Positions 7,775-18,300 of a DNA stretch of 43,554 bases are shown one piece after another; the first letter of the stretch is position 1; every line of letters begins with the position of its first letter. This stretch comes from a virus (lineage: Duplodnaviria; Caudoviricetes): positions 1 through 43,554 of IMG/VR virus record IMGVR_UViG_3300025646_000091. The stretch is one strand, 5' to 3'. Position numbers and translations under genes: made by a program. Under the pieces are notes generated by a model. It worked only from the letters and a program-made list of their open reading frames with translations. It had not been told where the DNA came from and did not search any database.

Positions 7775-9060
7775 TGACTGACTACAAACACGCACTTCGT
7801 CCCCGGTTGATTGCCGGGAAGTGGTCAATCCAAGGTACTGCACCCTTGCTTGGCAGAGTTCGTAAACAATACCCAACCAAAGACATTGCTGAACTTGAAT
7901 CACAAAAGATGATCACTCAAGTAGGTAACCACTTGGCAGGGTCTCAGATTAGAGAGACCCTGCTTACTAAGGCACAAGAGAAGGATGCATCACTTGCCTT
8001 GCAAATCATGCAGACCGATCCCAAATTGCAAGGTTTCGGATCGTTGCTTGAGATCGTCAACTTCGCAAAATCCCGGAGCAATGGCATCCAAAATAATGTG
8101 ACCCTACTTGAGGCAGGTAATACTTACATCAATGACCTGACTGCACGGGGCAGAGATGAGTCTTACTTAACTCAGGTAAGAAACAAACTTATCAGGTTAC
8201 AAAATTTCTTTGATGAGGAAATGCTAGTACAGGACTTCACTAAAGATATGATCCGGGCATGGATCAGGGGTGACAATCGTGACTGCTCGCCATTCTCAGG
8301 TAAGGAAGTAACCAAGACAACTAAGACTGCTGAGTTAACATTCCTTAAAGGTTTCTTTAATTTCTGTAGGGGGCAGGATTGGATCGACTTCTCTCCTTGC
8401 GAAGGGGTTAAGTCATATGGCAAGGAAAAGGCAGAGATAAAGGCCCTCTCGCTTGAGGAAACGCAACTCATATTAGATATTGCTAAGGCACATTCTGATG
8501 AGGCATATGCTTACTTTGCCTTATCCCTGTTTGCCGGGTTGCGTCCTGAGGAATTGCGTCCATCTGATGGTGATGCTCAGGTCATGTGGGAAGACTTTAC
8601 TTTCCGCACTAAGGGTGCATCCACTCTTGAGGTTGGATATCGTGTTGGTAAGGTTACATCTAGACGGGTTGTCGAATTGCCCGGTAACTTAGTTTCTATA
8701 CTTAGTTCAATCCGCAAAGATTCAGGAGCAGTTATCGAGTCATCCTATGCCACATGGAGAGGCATCAAGGATTACATCCGGGCAAAAGCAGGGTACAAAG
8801 TTTACGGGCAACATTTCAAACATATCGATCCTGACCTCGCCAAGGTATCTAATCGTGCGGATCGCCCAAAATATGTAAGAGATGTCCTTCGTCACTCTGC
8901 GATCACTTACAGGTTGGAAATTGAGCAGAATAAAGATGCAGTTGCAAATTGGGCAGGTAACTCTCCTGCAGTCATTGACCAACATTACCGGGCATTGGTT
9001 AAAGGAACAAGAGACCTTGACCCAAACAGGTACGCTTTAGCGTACTTTGAATTAAGGTAA
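7774..9060 (+). CDS. int: Tyrosine recombinase / phage integrase
   Basis: SAM-like N-terminal domain, FAGLRPEE (R), GKV (K), DVLRHS, WAGNS and QHY (Y); SD AAGGAG before ATG 7774. Confidence 0.92.
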   Translation: MTDYKHALRPRLIAGKWSIQGTAPLLGRVRKQYPTKDIAELESQKMITQVGNHLAGSQIRETLLTKAQEKDASLALQIMQTDPKLQGFGSLLEIVNFAKSRSNGIQNNVTLLEAGNTYINDLTARGRDESYLTQVRNKLIRLQNFFDEEMLVQDFTKDMIRAWIRGDNRDCSPFSGKEVTKTTKTAELTFLKGFFNFCRGQDWIDFSPCEGVKSYGKEKAEIKALSLEETQLILDIAKAHSDEAYAYFALSLFAGLRPEELRPSDGDAQVMWEDFTFRTKGASTLEVGYRVGKVTSRRVVELPGNLVSILSSIRKDSGAVIESSYATWRGIKDYIRAKAGYKVYGQHFKHIDPDLAKVSNRADRPKYVRDVLRHSAITYRLEIEQNKDAVANWAGNSPAVIDQHYRALVKGTRDLDPNRYALAYFELR

Positions 9061-9077
9061 AACTTTAAGATTGCACA

Positions 9078-9108
9078 CAAAGGGGGACTTCTTTAGTCCC
9101 CCTTTTTT
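9078..9108. terminator. Rho-independent terminator (probably bidirectional)
   Basis: AAAGGGGGACT-tcttt-AGTCCCCCTTTTTT directly after int. Confidence 0.85.
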
Positions 9109-9111
9109 GTT

Positions 9112-9187
9112 GGGGGTGTAACTCAATTGGTAGAGTAGCGGACTCTTAATCCGTTTGTTAGGGGTTCAAGTCCCCTCGCCCCTACCA
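9112..9187 (+). tRNA. tRNA-Lys (anticodon CTT), 76 nt, CCA encoded; candidate attP core
   Basis: Cloverleaf: GGGGGTG/CGCCCCT acceptor, ACTC/GAGT D stem, GCGGA-CTCTTAA-TCCGT, AGGGG-TTCAAGT-CCCCT, ACCA end. Confidence 0.93.
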
Positions 9188-9378
9188 AATTTCATGGTGA
9201 CATATTTCTCCACCACTTCCATTGACTTCTCATCCCCGGCATCAAACAGATCACAAAGTTTGTGGGCAATCTCCTGAGGTACTTCCCTTGGATCGTAATG
9301 CACAACAAAGTCATGATGAGGAAAGGAGTTCATTCCCTCATGCTCCCCGGTTGTGTAGTCAAATATTACTTTACTCAC
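9166..9378 (-). CDS. Hypothetical protein, 70 aa; 3' end antisense to the tRNA
   Basis: Start overlaps the giant gene's end; stop codon falls in the tRNA T-loop. Confidence 0.55.
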   Translation of the reverse strand: MSKVIFDYTTGEHEGMNSFPHHDFVVHYDPREVPQEIAHKLCDLFDAGDEKSMEVVEKYVTMKFGRGEGT

Positions 9379-12300
9379 TTGGTATCCTTACCTCTAGTTG
9401 ACCATTCTTCTTCATAGCACCTACTACTAATCTTCTATTCGGTGCATCTTTAACTGCACTAATGAGTCGCCAAGCACTAGTAACATCATTGAATTTCTTA
9501 ATCGATTTTTCAATGTCTCCCCCACTAAGTAGAGTTGTGATTGCTTCCCTGTGCTTCTTCTGTGCCTCGCTAATTTTAAAGTCTTCATGCCTCTGCCTGT
9601 AGTCAGGTATAAGTTTATCCAAGTCAACCTGCTTGTCGAATAAGAAGTCACCTCCCGGTTCTCCTAACATTACCCAATCATAAGATGTTTGCTCTCTGTA
9701 TTGAGGTAACTTCTTCAACTCCTGTAAAACGAGTTTCTCATTTTCAGTCATGAACCTTGCCTGAGCAGGGTCATTACCAAGATATACTGCAAAGATTCTT
9801 TCATCTGTACCCAACTTATGTTGACTCAACTTGACTGCACCTACTGCCATGTCCGTTTCTCCACCCCTGTAGTCCATTGTCTTGTGCAAATAGGCATCAA
9901 GGTCAGGCAACCAATCAAAACCTCTAATAGAGTCGAATACGCTTGCTCGTTGGTTAAATGTCAAACCTGCTCCAAACTTCCTGAAGTCTTTTGATATCTT
10001 CGTGACATATTTATCGTTCCACCAATCTTCTTTTTGGAATTGCTCAACATACTTCTGCAGGAGGTTATTGTAGTTGTCGATCTTACCTCTTGTGTGTTGC
10101 GATTTAGCACTACCCATGAGCGACTTAAACTTTCTTTGTGATGGCGTTAGTACCCTGCCATTGTTGTCACCCATCATGCTTGCCCCAATGTCTGCCATGT
10201 GTGCGGTAATCTTCTTCTGCATTGGAGTCATGTCACCTCTCAGTTTGTGAATCTGAGTCATAACTTTCTCCATGATCAACCTATTGGATTTGTGTGCAGT
10301 TGTATCCATGTTGATGATGACTGCATAACCATTGGTTGTTTTTGCTATTCTGTTCTCTGCATTCGTAACAAAACCAATCGACATATTTGCCCACTTGGGA
10401 ACAAATTTAGCACCATCAACTTCAACTATACTCTCAGCATTACTCTTCAGGAATGGGTGACTAATTCCACCCATGAACTCACCTTTGCCAATGAGTCTGT
10501 CTGCTTCTAATGGCAGAACAGACTCACCACTAATTTCTGTAATGGGTTTAACCGGGACATTAGGAATCATTTCCTTGCCCTGCCACATCTTAATGTTCTT
10601 TTCCTTGGTTGGACTAACCCAAGGCATATACATTACCTTGTCAGTATTAGGATCAAAAGTTCCTTTATTATGTACAGACTTAACCTGACGGGGATCGAGC
10701 ACTACATAAGAATCACCCTCTCCTTCAAAGAGGTTCTCATAAACTAAACCATCGTACCCCATGTCCATCATACCTTCGACTAAAGTCTTCCATTTGTTCT
10801 GCTCAGATAAATGGTAATAGTCTTGGGGATACTTAACCATTTCATCCACCTCTCGCAGTTTATCGCTAAGACTATTGTAATCGCCAAGGTTTGCTATGAC
10901 TTCATCAACAACTGCATCGAGGTTATCAAACTCACCAATGTCAGAAACACGCAAAGGATTTTTTATTTTAAGATAATACGCACCAATGTTCCCATCGAGT
11001 GGGTAATTTGAAAACATCAACCTGTCACGAAGTTCCTCCCTCTTCGTATACAATTCAGACAATGTTACTTTTTCGGAATCAGTAAGTTTTCTTTCAAGAC
11101 TATGACCAACAAGATCGTTGATCTCGTCATCTATTTTTGATTCCAAGTCTGCCAACTCTAAATTTTTCTTTGCGTATTTGTCTGAGTAAAAATTCTTGTT
11201 AGATAAACTTTGAAGTCTGTCGCTTGCTTGCTGAAGTGAACCAAAATGGTTTCCAAAATGAGCACCTACTAACTCCCCGTTCCTGAATGCATCAAAATGT
11301 GCGGTACTAGAATGATAAACTACTAATGGATTCCCGTCCTTATCACGAACTGAAGAATCCCCAAACCAATCATCAAACAATATATTATCTTTGATTAAGT
11401 CACTTACGGGCATGTAGTTTTCAAATGGGTCACGAAATTGCATTCTGTCCCTGCTAAGTAATTCAATCTCACGAACGATTAATTCATGGTTTTCTATTTC
11501 TCTTGTCCTTTTACTCTGCAACCAAACAGGCAACTCCTGATTCTTGCTTTGTTGCATTTTAAAGTTCATCAACTTGATCCTTGATTGAAGATAGGCAACC
11601 TGTTCTTGCGTTGTCAGTCCGGGAGGTATCGTTGGGTCTTCACCTTGCTTGGTGAAGAGTTCTCTTTGTAATGATAGTACCTGCTTATCAGGTCTGCCTG
11701 ATGGCATATATTTGATGTTAGGTTGATACCCCCACTCTTGTATTGAGTTGCCCTCAGAAAACAAATCAGATGCCTTTGCTTCTGTTTCTAAAATTATGTA
11801 ACCGGGTACACTTCTCTCACCATGCATCTTTGCATAGTCTCTCGTGATCGATACCCAATCACCAACATTTATTTTGGTTACATTAGGAGGGACTGCACGA
11901 TAGACCTTCACCATTGCGTCCGGGTTGTCTCTTAGTCTTGCGACTATCCTGTGTGCCTCCACATCGCTTTTATCTCCACTTGTGTAGTACCTGATACCCT
12001 CAGGACTATAGAAGTCCTCAGGGTATATATTTTCTAAATTATCCAAGGAAGCACCTTCGTATCTCTGAGGTGCAGTATGACTTCCTCTGTATGATAAATC
12101 ATTATCTTTTGGTTGATACCTAACTGCAGGTCTGTAGGGAGGTTTACTAATTGGTAAACCCTGTAAAGTTTCTGTTGGTACTTGATGAGATGATGGCAAA
12201 AACTTTTTAAGTTTAGTTATATCTGCATTTCTTAAATCTAAACCAATAATTCTTGGGTTGTTTCTTCGTGGAGTAAAATGTTTACCTTGTAATTGATCTG

Positions 12301-15300
12301 CAGTTGCCATCAAACCCCTACGGATCGGTGCTCCAATTGCCTTCGATATCTTTTTAAATATCGTAGGCAATTCTTTGTCATAAAAATTCTGTAAGGCAGG
12401 GTGTTGAATGTCTATTGTAAGTGCATCAGCAATTTCGTGACTTTTGTATATTCTTCCACTTTGTATATTAGGTTCTTTCTTATCTCTACCTGCATACAAT
12501 GGGTCTTCGATTCCATCAGTAATCAAACTTCCCCTATCTTGTACTCCATCAAAACGAGATGCACTTTCATTGTAAGTATCAAAATTTTTGTTCTTAGACC
12601 CGGTCCTTAAAATATCTCCTGCAAGTCCTTTAGGTATAACCTCGTCAAGTTTTTTACCAACAACTGACTCTAAAAATAATTTGTAAGGATCATATTGGGC
12701 AGATGTCTGTATAGTTTGTGCAAATTTAAATGGTGCATCTGCAGTTGCTTGACCTAGTATTACACCTGTTTGATTATCTACAACCACATGAATATGTCTT
12801 GCATTAGGGATGCCTCCTCTTGTTTCAGAACCATAGTCATAAAGTCGCAAGTTCCTTAATTGAGTGCCTGTTTCTGCATTAAAATAATCACCATCAATAA
12901 CCTCTACTCTTCCTATTCTTTGCGTATGACCTGCATATCTTGCGTTCTGCTCATACCCATCATTGAAAGTTATAAAGTCATACCCTGATGCCTTGGCATC
13001 CATTATCTCGCTTTTAACAAGCAAGGTAGGCCAAGAATTGGCATATGGATACTTGGGGAATAACTTCTCATTCCTATCTCCTTTTCCTGCGACAATTAGG
13101 TCTTCCATTGATGCTTGGTCTGCCATCCAATCATCAAATGTCCCCTTCCCGTCCTTGCGATAGGGATAATAATTTTCACTTAAATCGTCTTGGAATTTTA
13201 CAACATTATCATTTGCCCAATCGTAAACATATATTTGACCACTCTGATCCTTATATACACTTTTATGATAAACATCCTCTCCTGTTTTTCTGTCTTTCAG
13301 GTAGGCATCATACTCAGTTAACCCACTAACATCGTAAGTTCCATCAGGTACGGGTTTTGGATTTGCTAACTCAGTAGATAAATCATTATGACTCAACACC
13401 CGGTTGTGTTCTTTGTATCCAAACTTTTTACCCCTTTGATGAAGGTCAGATTGTAACTCTTCGATGTGCCTTGTTGTAGTTTTTTCTGCCTCTAATTGGT
13501 ATGGATTTTCAGTACCTTCTTCCAAGAACCTAACCTGTCTTTCTGTTGTTCTTGTATGAGCAAATCCATTTTGAGCACCTTCAAAGTGAGGTTGGTTGAA
13601 AACCAAATCTTTATTTTGACTTACATTTTGTCCTTTCCTGTATGTGTACTTTCCACCCCCATCAAATATGTAAATCTTTTCTTCGTAAAACTTATGATCA
13701 CCACGGGTTACATATTTAGGAAACTTAGGTCTTTCTTCGGTCTCTAAAAGATAATGCCTATCTACTCCATTTTGATAATTATCTTTCCTTCCGTTATACT
13801 TGACCCCGTCATAAATATAAAATGCTTGCTCGTTCAGATGATAGTTTGGATTGTCTCTTGCTCTGTCTGATATCTTTTTATACTCAGCATAATCAACTTC
13901 CGTTAACAAAGCGTCATCTAACCCCTTGATTGGGTTTTGAAATCTCGCAAAAAACTCAGTCAGGTGCTCTACGGGGATATCATAATTAGAATAAAAATTT
14001 CCATACTCATTAGTAAGAGGAACAATTTTGCTAATCTCATCAAGGTATTTACCTAGCATATCGTTAACTTCCATTTGCTCCCTGTAAGAGTAGTTTAATT
14101 GCTTTACATCTGAGTCAGCATCATAGGTTTTCCGGGAGACCATATCCGGGTGATAAATAAACTCCCCTACAGGAACTAATGAGTCTGTTTCTGCTATGTC
14201 ATGGATGTCATAAGCAACCCATGAGTCAGGATCATTATCAAAATCTTTTTGTGTATATATTGTTTCTTGTAAGTCTTTGTAACGCCCATCAGAATCAGGA
14301 ATATTATTTAGTCTTCTATATTCCGCATTCCAATTTTTTGTAATGCTTGGCATTCCCATCTCTATATCACCTGCATAAATTCTTTTCTCAACCTCATCTA
14401 TCGCATGTTTCCTAAACATTTCTTTAGTCATTGGTTTCCTTTTTAAAACCAAAAGGTTGAAGTTCCTAGTTTTATAAAACCTTGTGTCTTCAGGTATTCT
14501 TAATCTGTCATTAGATCGATAACTGATATGCATCCTAAGAGGATTATCTTCAATCATATCTATGACATCTTGTTTAGTCATAGATTTTCTTAGATGAGGA
14601 ACTTCAGGGAATAAAATATCGGTAGTTGTTTTGGTGCTAAGATCAACCTCAAGTTTACCTACTGCTTCAGGTTCAAGTATTGGTTCACCTAACTTGTTTT
14701 TCTTTAACTCAAGTCGCCCTGTTTCTTTGTTTTTAACAAAATTACCAAAGTCCTCAATCAATCCGTACTCCCGTAATTCCTGTAATGCACCGGGAGTCTT
14801 TTTTGCTCTATCTACTAACTGCTTTGGTTGAAATTTTTCAGGCATGTCATTTAACATCTCAATGACATTGCTTTTCATTTGCTCATACGGATCGGTCACC
14901 CTGAGAGGAGTCTTTTCAGAAGATGGCATATACTTCTGAGTTGGACTAAGTTTTGCCCCCGGCATGGGCATCATGTGGTTTGCGATCCTGCTTATATCAA
15001 TGTGCTTACCTCCACCCTGTTGCTCCATTGTACCTATCCGATCAATTCTGAATGATCGGTAGGTAGCAATGCTTTCTGCCCTCTTCATGCCTAACCCCTC
15101 GAGGGCAGGGTTAAGAGTTACATGATGCTGATTGACTGCACCAAACCCTGCATTCAACCAATTTGCTTGCTCCTTGGTAATGCCTGAACCTTCTGATCCA
15201 TTTACGATCCCCTCCATGTGATTGGACAAATATTTGTCGTACATATTTGCCCAATTCATTTTGACCTGATCTTTGTCCTGACCTCCGAATGCTTTGGAAA

Positions 15301-18300
15301 TTTCCTGAAACCTGCTCTTTTTATTTAGGAGCATATTTAGGTTCTTATTTAGGTCATTTAATGAGATGGCATTTATGATTACATTTTTATCTTTGGTGAT
15401 TGTAATTCCATATACTGCAGTATCTCTAAACTTACCCCTGATGGTCTTGTATTGTTTGCCTCCCCTGCCTGTAGCAGAGTAATAAAACATTCTAAACTGA
15501 TTGCCTATAGAATCCATAGGCACACCTGATTGCATTCTTCTTCCTGCCTGAGATGCCATCCTAAGGAATCTAATTTGCTCCCGGTTGTACCTGCCTGACA
15601 TCTCAAGTTTATCAATAACTCTTTCGTTTAAGAACCTGCCCTTGTAATACTTCCTGCCATATCGGTCCACTCCTGCCTCAACCACATGACCTTGGTCAAC
15701 ATCAGGTAAAGAATCTATTGCGTCCTGTAAGTCCATTGCCATCTTGGACTGAATCAAGTCTGCTTCTTTGGGTGAATAGAACTTTGGATTACCAAACATA
15801 TCAGTCACAATGTTGCCCTCTGCGTCTGTACGCATGATGCCCCCATTGTTAAATAACTGACCTACACCGGGAGTCTTTAAAATATCTTGTGGGTTAACAA
15901 CAATTTCGCCTGTTGTATCATCATTAATGGGATACCAATCCTCAATCTCTCCTCGATGTGTTCTTGCATTCTTTCTTTCAAAGTCACGAATAATTTTATT
16001 TAACTGCTTTGATGGTTTGATATCTTTAAATATTCCTCCATCCACATGTATTGCTCCACCAAACAGAGTGGTCATGTCCTTAATAAATGGAGTACCTGAG
16101 ATGGTCTCCCATAAACCAACCAAACCAAGTTCGGGCAATGAGTAACCGATATCCTTTGATGATTGCCCGGTTAAAATTCTCTTTGCTTGAATGTCTGTAA
16201 ATATTTCCTCACCAATCAATTCACGATTATTTTCATATTCGGTGATCATGTTCTGTCTGACCCCCTTAGATGCCTTTAGTTTGGAAATGTATTCTGCCCT
16301 TCTCCCTGCAAACTCTTCGTTCGTATCGTAATATGGAACTCCATTATCATCCTTGATAATGACCGGGTCATTTATGTTTGGTATTTCTTTGCCTGACTTA
16401 TCTTTGAGGATGTTTCCGTTTGCATCCTTCATCGGATGAAACCTTGTGTACATACCAACCTTGCCGGATAAGGCATCACCAAACAATGCGTCCATTATCG
16501 GTTTGTGCAGGTTATACCTTTTAATGTGATGACCAATTTCGTGAGCAATTGCCCCTGCCAATGGTTCAGGAGAATTAACATTCACCTCAATGTAAGATTG
16601 TCCATCAGGAGTGATTTGGTGACTCCCTCTTGTGTCCTTAATATCTCCATCCACAAGTTCAATTATTGCATCAGGATACCTAATCTTCATTTGAGACAGA
16701 ACGACTTGATCGTCATACCTGAGACGATCAAAGAGTCCTAGTTCTCTCTCGCTACCAAGTTCTTTTATTTCATTCCTGTACCTTTGAACATCTCCTCTTT
16801 GCTTTATCTTGAGTGATGCCATCGAGGTAAACCTAAGAAGTTCACCTGCAGTTGCACCCATTGCAAGGAAAGGTAAGGATGCCCCAATTCCCCCTGCCAT
16901 GCCTTCCTCTCCACCAATTGCATAACCAAAAGCACCTGCTACTGCAGAACCTGCTACTAATGCTTTTGCTTGCCTCCCGGTAAAGTTTGCTACCTTACCA
17001 ACACCTGATTTATCTACAAACTTAGCAACATTTTGAGTGCCTTTCCCAATATTTTGAAGACCCATGAAAGACTTGTCTTTGCCTTTGTAAAAGACATCTT
17101 TCATAGCATCGTAAGTGTTGTAGAAAGAAGCACCCTTGCTTCGATCAATTATAATTTTTGACAAAGCAGGGTCTTCAAGTGGCATCCTCTGCATCATCAT
17201 GGATGGACTTATTTCGCCCGGATTGGAAACTATGTGTTTCCCTAAATGTCTAAGTGCAGTTCCTCCTGCTTGTAGCATTCTAGGAGTCATCAATATTGTA
17301 GCACCGATACCTAAGTTCTTTAAGTCATCTAAAGTAAACCCATCTTTGAACTCATTGAACCCAATCATCCCTGCAGTAAATGCTCCTGATGCCTTTACAA
17401 AGTTGCGAGCAACATCCTCAGATACATTGCTCGCCTTCATTACCATATCAACTGCCGTCTCATATGGATACTTGGCAAGAACCTCTAAGGTTCTGCCAAG
17501 AAAATCAGCAGTTACTCCTGTGGCGGTTAAAGTCTTAGATGCAAGGTCATCTACTATACCGGGTTTAAGAAGGTCTTCATTTATCTTTGCTAGTTTACTA
17601 CCTAACTCAGTTGCTTCCTTTTCGGATGTTATAATGCCCTTGTTTATCTGATCCTTCAGTTTGCTTCCGTTAGCACCTAACTTTGTCCCATGCTTCTCAT
17701 ATAGACTTGAGTAATATTTGTACTTCGCACTATTCCTAACTGCATTTGCATGTGCTTGTTGTGCCTTCCTGATTGCACCTATTTGGAATTTACTAATTCC
17801 CTTTGCTATTCCTGCGGTAACCCCAACTGAACCGATCCCTGCAGGGTCTAATGCGAACTGCCCTGCTAATACTTGATCTGCATCAGGTTTTAAGACTCCG
17901 TTTCTAACTGCTACCTCAACTTTTTTATCATCAAAAACACGGGCAAAGTTTTCAGCACCCTCTTGCATCACATCCATACTATTCTGCTCTGCCTTCAGGT
18001 AGTTAATTTTTGCCTTTATCTGATCATCTTCGTTATCAATTTTTGACCAAGTTGTGACAGGGTAACCTCCTGTTGAATCTACATTAGCAACATATTTGTC
18101 GCCTGACTTATATTCTCTTTTGATAACCTCTTTAAGGAGTTCATAACCCCCTACTAATTCTGCAAGCGATTGATATAATGTTGCCCGTCCTTTAGTGTCG
18201 GAATACTCATATGCTCTCCTTGCTACCTCCTGCCTAATCTCTTGGTCCTGAACATGTAGGCCAACGCTTCCAAGTGCCTCCACCATAAAGTCTTCACTAT

